Positions 42,643-53,517 of a stretch of DNA of 64,000 nucleotides are shown here, piece by piece (the first letter of the stretch is position 1; each line of letters begins with the position of its first letter). This DNA comes from Octopus sinensis (Eukaryota), in the NCBI RefSeq assembly GCF_006345805.1, contig NC_043001.1, positions 70,184,001 through 70,248,000 of the forward strand, read 5' to 3'. Position numbers and translations under genes: made by a program. A model generated the notes under the pieces. That model was given only the letters and a program-made list of their open reading frames with translations, searched no databases and was not told where the DNA came from.

Positions 42643-42916
42643 TATGAAAGAATGGAGTTGGACGACGAATTAACAAAATTCCTTTATTTTCGACATATGT
42701 TTCGAAGGCTGCATATTCCTAATTGCGAAGGAATAAGGAGTATATTATGCCGCTTTCTCATCAGGAAAAGCAAGGAACTTATGTCAACATCAAGATGCAC
42801 AAAAAACTTTTAGATGACTGCTCACACGGAGCCCATAGCGATAATGAGTGTCTCTTTAACCGAATGCTTAACCGAATTATCCATAAGATAATTCATTCTA
42901 CTACTATATATATATT

Positions 42917-42949
<33 letters not shown>

Positions 42950-43175
42950 ATACACACATTTCTATGTGTGCTTTTGTGTTTGAGTTTGTGCCCGCATCCC
43001 TTACTTGACAGTACATGCTGTGTTTATGTGCCTCTAACTTGCCGTTTCGACAAAGGAACCCGATAGAATAAGGAGCAGACATACAAGGAGTAAGTCCTGG
43101 AGTCGACTTCTGCGACTAAATGGAGGTGCCCCAGCATGGCCACAGCCAAATGACTGAAACAAATACGAGAATAAA
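42485..43175 (+). mobile_element. SINE family A, split by a hammerhead-bearing insert (about 42645-42905)
   Basis: Decayed 5' half at 42485-42605. 3' half at 42960-43175 (GGAGGTGCCCCAGCATGGCCACAGCCAAATGACTGAAAC). Confidence 0.8.
42681..42775 (-). ncRNA. Type I hammerhead ribozyme, canonical core
   Basis: Minus: TTTTC-CTGATGA-GAAAGCGGCATA-(30 nt)-TATGCAGCCTTC-GAAA-CATATG-TC-GAAAA. Stem I 5 bp, stem II 10 of 12 paired, palindromic stem III. Predicted cut between 42692 and 42691. Confidence 0.88.
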
Positions 43176-43234
43176 AAAAGGAAAGGAAAATATACATACA
43201 TACAAACATACGTACATACATACGTACATATATA

Positions 43235-44995
43235 TAGTTGAAATTTACAGAAAAACAAAAGACGAAGACAGGTGTATGAACGAAAGAAGGCAGGTGTATA
43301 AACAAAATAACAAGTGTATCAGTTTAACGCTCGGGACGGTGAGAAAGTCTTCTACGTTTCGAGACTGCGATCTTCAACAGAAAGGAACACGATGAAATAG
43401 CCAGACAAAGAAAAGAAACTTTTGGAGTTAGCGGTCAATCATGGCTGCTGGCTGAACAAAGGTAGTTAGATAGGAGAGCTAGGAAGAAGGAGACATAACA
43501 AAGTATTGGTGATCCCAAAAACAAAGGTTCGCGTGCGTATGTATTTGATAGTGCGTACGTGTGGTGAGGCGTTGGTGACTTGGACGTATGGATTATGGTG
43601 TGTGTTCTGGGAAGTGGTCAGTGCTAGTGTGTGCGGTGTGAGGTGGTGATGTGGTGTGGTGGTGTGTGGTATGGTGTGGCGGTGTTGGGGTGTGGAGATC
43701 CGAGGGTGGGGAAGTGATGGTGGGTGTGGGGTGAGGATGAGGGGTAGGAGTGGGGTATGTAGGTGTGGGATGTGTAAGAGTGGGGTGTGGATGTAGTAGG
43801 TATCGATGAAGGGAGTGGGCGGGTAAGAATGAAGAGAGGAAATAGGTGTCAGATGAAGAAAGGAGAGGAGGGAAGTCAGATGAAGAGGGGAGGAGAGATG
43901 AGCTCATGTGACACAAAGGAGCAAAGATAGAAGATTGTTTCCTGTTCACGGCAAAGGCTGGAGTCCAGATGGCACCTGTTCAGAAACAATCTGAACACAG
44001 ACAAGTGTTGTAATGAATGACGGCAGAGCGGAAATGGCGCGAGACCGGGGTGTCATTGCCGAGTCTAATGTCTAAGAAATGCTCCGCGAACTGGTCAGCC
44101 AAGCGGCGTCCCGTTTGACTGATGTACAGAGGACAGAAATAACAGGTGATATGGTAATTGACGTTGCTAGAAGTGCAGGTAAACGAGTCAGTGATATGAT
44201 AGGAATGATGATAGGTGCCTGAGACGATGGTGGTGTTGGAGAGGTAAGGGCAAGTGCTGCAGCGTGGGCGGGAGCAGGGGAACGAGCCAGACTGGGAGGT
44301 GGAGTTGCGGAAGAAACTGTGGTCCAGTATGTTACGTAGTTTGTGGGCTCGTTTGAAGGAGAAGAGGGGCAGATATGCGAAGTAGAGTTGTCGGACTGCA
44401 GTCGCTGGAATGTTCGGAGAATGGTGCGTGCGTTGGAGGGGCAATGTAGAGGGGTGGTAGGTGAGGGGAAATGTGAGACTGGGAACGGCGGTGCGGGTGC
44501 GGGGAGAGAGAGCATAGGTACGGTCCACGGAATGTGCTCTGACAAGAGCGATGTGGATAATGGTGAGGGAATATATCCACGAAGGAGTTGAGACTGAGTT
44601 TCAAAGTCATGTTTGTCACTGCAGAGCGTGTGCCCACGGAGGAATTGGGAGTAGAGGGTTGTGAGCTTGGGTAGGACAGGGGGAGGAGAAGTTGTATTAT
44701 GAGTGTGATTGGGTATGTTTGTAGTGGATAGATGTATTGAGAGTGGAGTTGTGTATGTTGAGCGAAATGACAAGAAAGGTGACAGAAATGTTGTAAATGG
44801 TGCAGGATAATTCTACGGCAGGATGGAAGGATTGGACAAAAGAGAGGAATCAGTCTAATTGTTTGTGGGAGAGCGAGGTTGCACCGATACAGTCATCAAT
44901 ATAATGACCGTATAGCTCGGGGGTGGGGCCACTGAATGTTGAAAATATTTGGGCTTCAATGTAGCCAACGAACAGATTCGCATATTTGGGACTCA
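43235..44995 (-). mobile_element. Penelope-like element (RT C-terminus + GIY-YIG + 3' repeat)
   Basis: SPKYANLFVGYIE...PELYGHYIDDCIG and PCSRPRCSTC...FTCTSSNVNYHITCYFCPLYISQTGRRLADQFAEH. Same family as 22805-24566. Confidence 0.93.
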
Positions 44996-45439
44996 AGATA
45001 GATAGATAGATAAACACATATCTATATAAATGTATGTATACATATTTATGTAAATTATTATAAATATACATATGTATGAGGTTATATATATGTGAGTGTG
45101 GAGGAGGGTTATTCAGAGAGAATGAGAAAGATATAAGGACAAAGAGAGTTTAACGCATGTTATTTGTCGAACCAGAGAACCGGGCCAGTTTCTTTGATCA
45201 GAATGACCTCAACTAAAACCAACGGAAGGACAGGAACTGCTGTTACACTGAGAGGATTGAGAGTTTGTCTAAGTACTTCTACCAAGAGATGGCATCGGCA
45301 TTCTGAGATTGTTCCACATAGGTTTGGTGTTCAAGTCTCGCTCACAAAACTTTGGTTGAACTGAAATCTACAGTATATATTCTTTACCCATACTACCACA
45401 CAACGCAATCGAATTGCGAAGCATGTTTACAGTCGCACA

Positions 45440-45870
45440 TATGGTGGTGTAGTTAAGAAGCTCGATTTGCAAATATATAGTTTCTGGTTCAGTCCCACTA
45501 AGTGACATGTCATGCTAAGCAAGTGACTTCTATAATAGCCCAGGGCCGTCCAAAGCCTTGTAAGTAGGTTTGGTAGACGGAAACCGCGTAGAAAACCTTC
45601 GTATACAGGTGTATCTTTGCGTATATGTCGCGTGTATGTGTGTATGCACGTGTATGTGCGGTCGTCTTTGTGCTTGTGTATGTCATCTCTTCAGCATTAA
45701 TACCGGTGATGGGTTGTTTACGTCCATGTAAAGAGTGTTTCGACAAAACCAATCGATCAAGTTAAACTTTAAGCAACGAAATAATTGGGGTCGATTTGCT
45801 TACTGAAGACCTTCGAGGTTGTGTCCCAGCATGGTTGAAGCCTCATTACTGAAACAAGTAAAACGTAAAA
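45440..45870 (+). mobile_element. SINE family A, diverged
   Basis: TGGTGTAGTTAAGAAGCTCG...GGTTCAGTCCCACT...TTTGGTAGACGGAAAC...CCCAGCATGG...CTGAAACAAGTAAAA. Confidence 0.82.
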
Positions 45871-46821
45871 CTGAACAGAAGCATCTTAATTATGCACATC
45901 TTAATTATGCACACAGCATTAGTAACGGCATCTCCACATCAACTTTAATAACTTATATAAATAGGACAAGGCCGTTCACTCAGAATTTCTGTTTAACAAC
46001 TTACGTCGTCAAATCATGTATTTTAGTGAGGTTGAATTATGTGAAGATTGACTTAATCTTATCGGTCTTGTATCGTTTATTGATATGAAAACAGCAGCAG
46101 AGAGGAAATCCGTCTGTCGTGGAAAAAATCGTTTGAAGCTGTAATACATTTGACAGAAGCCTTTTGATTTCTCATTTACTTTCTGTGCATGTGTTTCCAC
46201 ACGTTAACATGAAATCACTCACTATTGATCCCAGACTTTCAAACTTCCAATGACTTGCATAAATCTAGGTTTCTTTCTTCATCTGTTTTTGACAGGGCTT
46301 ACAAAAACATGTCAGTAATGTATTCACATTTATGGATACATATTTACATACAGAGATGTATATATACATACATACATGCATTCATACATACACACACATA
46401 CATGCATAATATATACATACATACATGTATACATACTTCTATATGCATAAATAAATATATATACGCATTTATACAGAGATGCATATGTATTATGTATGTA
46501 TGTATGAAAAAAAATGAAATAGTATATAATTCCTCCTGTGTCATTATACTTAAAAAACAGCATAGCACTATAATGCCTAAACTACACCGTGCATATTTGT
46601 ATATATACGTGTGAGTTCGTGTGTCTGTGAGGGCATGTGTGAGTTATATGTATGTTTGTGTTTGTAAATGTATTTGGATTTGTCAGTTCATGGCTTATAT
46701 GTGTGTATGTCTGTGTATATATGTGTGCCTGTGAGCATATCTATACATTGTCTATATTGGAAATTTTAATAAGCTATAGTGAATATCTACATGTGCATGG
46801 TGTATGCATGTGTGTGTATGC

Positions 46822-46878
<57 letters not shown>

Positions 46879-46909
46879 CGCACACACATACACACACACA
46901 TATATTCTC

Positions 46910-47060
46910 TAATTCTTTTACTTGTTTCTGTCATTTTACTGCGGTAATGTTGGAGCACCGCCTTTAGTCGAACAATTCGAACCCAGGACTTATTATTTGT
47001 AAGCATAGTACTCATTGTATCGGTCTCTTTTGCCGAACCGCTATGTTATGAGGAAATAAA
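46910..47060 (-). mobile_element. SINE family A, 3' fragment
   Basis: TTGGAGCACCGCCTTTAGTCGA...TCGGTCTCTTTTGCCGAACCGCTA. Confidence 0.85.
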
Positions 47061-48150
47061 CATAACATATATGATAGTTTCAGTTGAATTAGGTGCTTAA
47101 GTGGAGGCAGCATGTCAGTCAGGTAATGTTTCCACTTGTTTTATCTCTCTGTTGATAACTGAGCGTGAGAATTTATTAACTGGTCAACAAAATATTTGTT
47201 TTATAATTATATTAGATTTGTAACGTGTTCTTCATCGTATTTGCATTAAATGCATATTGAATGCTTAAAACTGCTTGTTTTCTCGTTTCTTTGTGTCACT
47301 GAGGTGTTTGTCAGGTGAGCTAAGAATAACAGCTAAAGAACTTTTTGGGATAAATCTTTTTAGTTCGTGCTATCGCATTAAATGCATATTGAATGATTCA
47401 AAACACGCGTTATTTTCAAATATTCACAGCACGTTCTATTTTCGGGATGCTGACGACAAAATGTGCAGTCTCGCACAAAATGACAGCTTCCATATCCTGT
47501 TTCCTGACTGGATGAAAATGATCATTGAAACCTCTATAACGTTGTAAAAAAAACATTTTACTGGAAAAAGTGAAATAGCTCCAGCAATTCAGTTTGGAAA
47601 AGTATATTATTGTACCAAATTTTAATATTCTTGATAAATTTTAATTTTTGAAATGCTAGCAGACAAACCAACTAGAAGATCCAGATAGAATAGATTCTAT
47701 AGATCTATTATTGGTTTCAATCAAATTCTATGTCCATGCTGTTAGCGCCATTAGCGTTAATGCTTTTTTTATTTTAGACTCAGTTTACTGTCCTCCTTCC
47801 GGATTCGATCCAGCAGGAGAAATGAATTGTACTGCGCTATCCTTCTTTGCGTTCTTTCTGTGGGATAGTTTTATCTAGAATACTGGAAAAGAATTTGTCT
47901 AATTGTTCTCTGAACCCATCTACATCTACACCCCGTAGATTTGTGAGGCTTTTGACTAGTTATTACAAAAGGAACACACATGGGATTTAAAATTTACCAT
48001 ATGGCGCGCTTAGAACCGATCCTGAGAGGAATCTACGGTTTAAACTGGATTTGGTACTTACATATCTATAAACCTTCTGTATACGACAAACATACACTTT
48101 TCCCTCACATGCCATCGTCTGTTGCTTTATATAAATTGAAGATATATATA

Positions 48151-48204
<54 letters not shown>

Positions 48205-48281
48205 ATATTTCGGAATGGTCATTTTGCCAGTTTAACCAATAAAAAATCTTGCACAACAAATATTTAAACTTATATATATAT

Positions 48282-48326
<45 letters not shown>

Positions 48327-48521
48327 AAATTAGTAATCCTATGCAGCTTTATTCGAGGTGCTATTCATATCAATTGGTGAAGCAAAGTTTGATGATGTAT
48401 AATTCTCTATTTTTCATTACGATATTTCGATCGTATACTTTGTATTCTACATGATATTCAAGGACGCCAACATCGAATTTATCTATCGGGCGTAGCATAT
48501 ATATATATATATACATATACA

Positions 48522-48820
48522 AGAGTTACAGAATGGTGTATGGGAAATCCGGGCTATATATGTTTCACAGCGAGTGGAATCTCAGAAGTGGTAAAATGTA
48601 AGTAAAGTGTATCTCACATGGTACTCTTCAGGCCAAGGATATCTTGATTGGATAAAAGGCTACATTCTGATTGAATCTTTGCATCAACATGTACCTCCTT
48701 GCGACAATGTAGCCTTGGATCTAATCCACCTATCCTTAGCCTGTGGGGTACAGCTCACTTGGATTTTACCACTTCTGAGGTTCCGCTCGCTATGAAACAT
48801 ACTCCATTCCATAACTTCTG
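48522..48820. repeat. Imperfect long fold-back inverted repeat
   Basis: TATGTTTCACAGCGAGTGGAATCTCAGAAGTGGTAAAAT pairs with ATTTTACCACTTCTGAGGTTCCGCTCGCTATGAAACATA. Inner AAGGCTACATT pairs with AATGTAGCCTT. Confidence 0.88.
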
Positions 48821-49073
48821 TATTCCTTTACACATACTCAAAAAGCTGCTAGCCTACCGAGGAATATTAAAGGACCTTTTTTTCAGCTCATCGTTCTTCG
48901 ATAAAAGTAAAAAGCAATGCGCAACCTTCCGTCTCAATAAACTATTATTGTTCTTGAAAGTTACTTTTTTCATATTCACTACAGATTGCTCGAAGCTAAC
49001 TTTCTTCCCACACCTTGATAATTGGATCTTACCTTGATATATATATATATATATATACAACAAGATATCCAGA

Positions 49074-49171
49074 GTGATGTAGTACGACCGTTTCAAGTGG
49101 CTCCATTTATTTGAACAATGCAATCATAGTTCAATTAAGTGGAGCCGCTTGAAAAGGTCGTATTGCATCAC
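49074..49171. repeat. Hairpin, 43-bp arms with 12-nt loop
   Basis: 49074-49116 vs 49129-49171: 37 Watson-Crick pairs, 4 G-U (plus strand), 2 mismatches. Confidence 0.92.
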
Positions 49172-49440
49172 CTCTTGCTTATTTTGATTTTATTCACCGT
49201 ATTTTGAAGTTGTACGGATACTGCAGTAAAGTTTGATGCGTCAACTTAAGTATTTAATTCATCTGAATCAAAACATATACCAAATATATACGTTTTATTT
49301 ACTTTTCTATAATATGTAATTCTTCTAAATGGTATAATCTTTCAATAATATGTAATTTTTCTAAATGATATAACTTAATTTTTCATTATTGAATTGATGA
49401 GGGTGTTTTTTTTCTAATTTATATATATATATATATATAA

Positions 49441-49476
<36 letters not shown>

Positions 49477-49506
49477 TGTATGTGTGTATGTATGTATGTA
49501 TATATA

Positions 49507-49555
<49 letters not shown>

Positions 49556-49558
49556 ATA

Positions 49559-49635
<77 letters not shown>

Positions 49636-49692
49636 CTTCAATAGTTAGAGTAACTTCGAAATTTGGTCTGCTAGTCTACACAACTTTATCTA

Positions 49693-49850
49693 TGTGTGTG
49701 TGTGTGTGTGTGTTTGTGTGAGGTATTTTTATTCAAATAAGATGATTTAGTATTTAAATTGCACACTAAATAATCGGTATTTAGAACTGCTTGCCCTAAA
49801 TACCGGTTATTTGTAAAAACATTCACACACACACACACACACACACACAG
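49693..49850. repeat. Small fold-back element with (TG)n/(CA)n ends
   Basis: AAATAATCGGTATTTAG (49768-49784) pairs with CTAAATACCGGTTATTT (49796-49812). Outer imperfect inverted ends. Confidence 0.7.
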
Positions 49851-50662
49851 GCACACACACACACAAGACAGGCAGCTTTATTTAATCCTATGCATATATG
49901 CCTCAGTATTTAACCGCTTTATTTGTACTTCCTTCAACTTTTCAAATTCTTCTCCCTTTACTTCGTCAAATATAAACATTTTAGTAATTTCTATAGGGAC
50001 AATAAAATCGCTGTCACCAATTGTAGGAAAATTAGTTCCACTTGTTTTCTACATTTCCTTTACTTTTTTGTAAGCTTCGAAAATATATTTTCTAATGAAT
50101 AGGATTAAATTGGAAGCGAAACCGATACCTACGTTCTCTGGCATTATATATAAAGAAGAATGTAGTTGACGACGTCTCTGCGCATTGTGTTTGAAATTCC
50201 ATTTGAAGAAACGTTCTTTCTGTATTTTTTCTTGTATTTAAACTATACACCAGTTTTTTTTTACCTTTTCTATGTGTATGTATGTATATATATATGGATG
50301 GTGATGGTGGTGGTTGCGGCGGCGGCGGCGGCGGCAGCGGTGGTGGTGGTGTTGGTGATGGTGGCACTGCAGATGGTGGTAGTAGTGGTTATGGTGGAGG
50401 CGGTGGTGATGCTGCTGCCGCTGCTGGTGCCGATAGTGGCTGTGCGGGGTTAAACGTCTTGGGAAAAAGAAATTACTATAGACTATTGGCAAATGTTCAT
50501 TACTGAGCTTCAATACATTTCTAATAACAGAATTGGAAATTGGTTCAGAAAATTGTCAGTAAATGGTTCTAAAATGGAAATTAGAAAATACGAAAGGAAA
50601 AGAAATATTTTATATACTCATTTACACAATAGAAGGAAGTCAAGTATGCGTATATATATATA

Positions 50663-50747
<85 letters not shown>

Positions 50748-51099
50748 TTGTGTGTAACTGAAATGTCTGTAGGTGTGGATACGATGTCAAAACAAGTGTC
50801 GTCATATTTGAATTTTACGTAATATTCTACTGGTCAATATTGTCACAAATGAGTCTACTTTAAATATTTGAGATTATATGCAGGGATATTGCTTCCCGCT
50901 TGTGCTCCGGTTTCTCCAACTTCATGCTGGATGTGGGTTCGCGTGTGTGCGTGTGTATGTATGTGTGTGTTTGTGCCTGTGCATGTAGTGGTGCTGGTGG
51001 TGGTGATAATTTCAGATGGGATAGTAGGAGTGCCGTAGTAATATACAAACATTTAATTTTTAGCTAAGCGTTTCGGACAACCAATTTCTGATACATATT

Positions 51100-51352
51100 C
51101 TTTTATTCTTTTATTTGTTTCAGTCACATTACTACGACCATGTTTTGTAAGCCTGGTTCTTATTCTGTCGGACTGCTTTGCCGAATCTCTAAATTACGGG
51201 GACGTAAACACATTAACATCGGTTGTTAATTGGTGTGGAGGGGTGGGACAAACAGATACAAAGACACACACAAATGTATATATATACAACGGCAGTTTCC
51301 GTCTACTAAATCCAGTCAACTAACATGTGTTCGTCCCGAAGCAATAGTAGGA
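51100..51352 (-). mobile_element. SINE family A, internally deleted
   Basis: TTGTTTCAGTCA...ACGGGGACGTAAACAC...CAGTTTCCGTCTACTAAATCC. Confidence 0.8.
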
Positions 51353-51475
51353 GAAATATATATATATATTCTTTATTAGTGAACTAAGGCTAAATTAAGG
51401 CTAATTAATTCAATAATAAAGAAAATAAATGCACCAATGCGGTGTTGAGCACTCATTTCATCGTTGTATATTTAC

Positions 51476-51527
<52 letters not shown>

Positions 51528-51571
51528 AAACAAGTCAAAAATAGAAAATGCTAAAATAATTTTATAGTGAA

Positions 51572-51619
51572 CATTTCAGTACCGGTTTCGGTCATTTTGA
51601 GACCTTTTCAACTGTAACG
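51572..51619 (-). ncRNA. Minimal type I hammerhead ribozyme (U3-A8 variant)
   Basis: Minus: CGTTACAG-TTGAAAA-GGTC-TCAAAAT-GACC-GAAA-CCGG-TA-CTGAAATG. 4-bp stem II, palindromic stem III, GUA triplet. Inside a TA-flanked fragment of about 170 bp. Confidence 0.82.
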
Positions 51620-51692
51620 ATTAAATAATTAAATTTAGAAAAATTAGAAGAAAAGTTTTCATATATATCAACTCGTGTGTTCCTTTTCACAC

Positions 51693-51732
<40 letters not shown>

Positions 51733-51750
51733 TATGTATATATATATATA

Positions 51751-52690
51751 GTTTCAGCTCGGAGCTGCGGCCATGCTGATCCACCGCCGTTTTGCTACAC
51801 AATTATTACTAAGAGCCTCCTCTAACATGTGGCACTTGGTGAAGAATGGATTTTGATATAGCTACCCTTATTTGCACCTCTTGCCGTGTGGTACGTTTAT
51901 CTGGGACTCTCGAAAGGAAGAGGTCCATCTTTGATTTAAAAACCCCTACGTCTACTTTGTGCAAGTTCCGCAGACTCTTTGGGAGAATATTAAAAAGTTG
52001 TAGGCTCTTGAAACCCAGGCTGTTAGAGTAGCTGGTCCTGAAGCATGATGGCATTGCTGGGATCTTTGGCGCTATGCAGTGTCGTCCCGTTCTGGCATTG
52101 GTGTAGCTTTCAATGTCAACATTTGGCACAATTCCTTCCAGGATCTTCCAGATATATATTACTGCATACCTCTCCTGTCATCTCTCCAGGGAGTAGAGTC
52201 TTTGCTGTTTCAACCTTTCCCAGTAGCTGATCTGTTGCAAAGAGACGATCTTCTTTGTGAATCTTCTCTGGATTGCTTCAAGGTCCGCTGTTAATTTCAC
52301 ACTGGTGGGTGACCATATCTGTGAGCAGTAATCTAGGCGGGTGAGGACAAATGTCGCCAGAGGACCATCATGGCTTCCTTATCTCTGGTTCTGAATGTTC
52401 TTAGGATCCAGCCAGCCAGTCGTCTGCACTTTGTCGCCATCCTGGTAATGTGCATTTGGAAAGAGGTATCACCACTCATGTCGATGCCCAGGTCCCTCAC
52501 TGACTTAGACTCTGGGATTGAAATTCCCTGTGGACCGGTGTACCCTTTAAGTTTCATATTCAGTTTTAGATGCTGGTAGCGTAGGGCTTGGAGTTTTTCA
52601 GCGTTAAACTGCATATTATTATCCGCAGCCTATCTGTAAACTGAGTCCGACTTCTGCTGCAGGTGTGTAACATCGCTGGTGTTCCGTATT
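51751..52690 (-). mobile_element. CR1/L2-type LINE 3' fragment with intact tail
   Basis: MQFNAEKLQAL, VRDLGIDMS, GWILRTFRTRD, LFNILPKSLRNL and FKSKMDLFLSRVPD. Tail GGCGGTGGATCAGCATGGCCGCAGCTCCGAGCTGAAAC. Confidence 0.9.
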
Positions 52691-52755
52691 TTTGATAAAA
52701 TACGCATGTGCTCTATGCTAGTTCTATGATCAAATAATACAGTTCTATATATATA

Positions 52756-52871
<116 letters not shown>

Positions 52872-53121
52872 AAGTGGGAAACAGAAAGAGAGAGAGAGAG
52901 AAACAGTGGGAGAAGAATCAACTCCCCTGTAAGCCTGTATGACTAATATTTCATCGACCTCGAATGTAGAAAAGTAAAATATGACCTCTAAGGGACTTGA
53001 CCTCAGGATTCGAAAAGACGTTCTAATGAATTTGCCAATCGATAACTTCGTGTATGTTTGTATATATGTATGTACGTATGTATGTTTGTACGTATGCATA
53101 TAAACAGCTGTATGTACGTAC

Positions 53122-53173
<52 letters not shown>

Positions 53174-53174
<1 letters not shown>

Positions 53175-53476
53175 GAGGCGCAATGGCCCATTGGTTAGGG
53201 CAGCGGACTCGCGGTTGTAGGATCGCGGTTTCGATTCCCAGACCGGGCGTTGTAAGTGTTTATTGAGCGAAAACACCTAAAAAGTTCCACGAGGCTCCGG
53301 CAGGGGGTGATGATCCCTGCTGTACTATTTCACCACTCTTTCTCTCACTCTTTCTTCTGTTGGCCTGCTCGCTTAACCAGCGGGGTGGCGTCATTCGAAG
53401 GCTAAAACAGTGCGAACGCATTGTGACTAGCGATGTATAACAATATCTGATGTCTGGTCGGTCACGTGATCGTGAT

Positions 53477-53482
<6 letters not shown>
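53174..53482 (+). mobile_element. tRNA-derived SINE family B, full length (resembles octopus tRNA-Arg-derived OR SINEs)
   Basis: GGAGGCGCAATGGCCCATTGGTTAGGGCAGCGGACTCGCGG...GGTTTCGATTCCC (A and B boxes), tail GTCACGTGATCGTGATCGTGAT. Confidence 0.9.

Positions 53483-53517
<35 letters not shown>

Noticed and set aside
48383-48442. Hammerhead-like CAAAGT-TTGATGA...GATA...ACTTTG
   Set aside because: GAAA box mutated and stems II and III unconvincing; at most a relic.
50282-50506. Gly-rich ORF (GGGGSGGGG)
   Set aside because: Degenerate (GGT/GGC)n repeat; start codon is in a TA tract; no clear splice context.
50884-50932. Possible micro-exon (CAG...GTGGGT)
   Set aside because: Weak polypyrimidine tract; no recognisable peptide.
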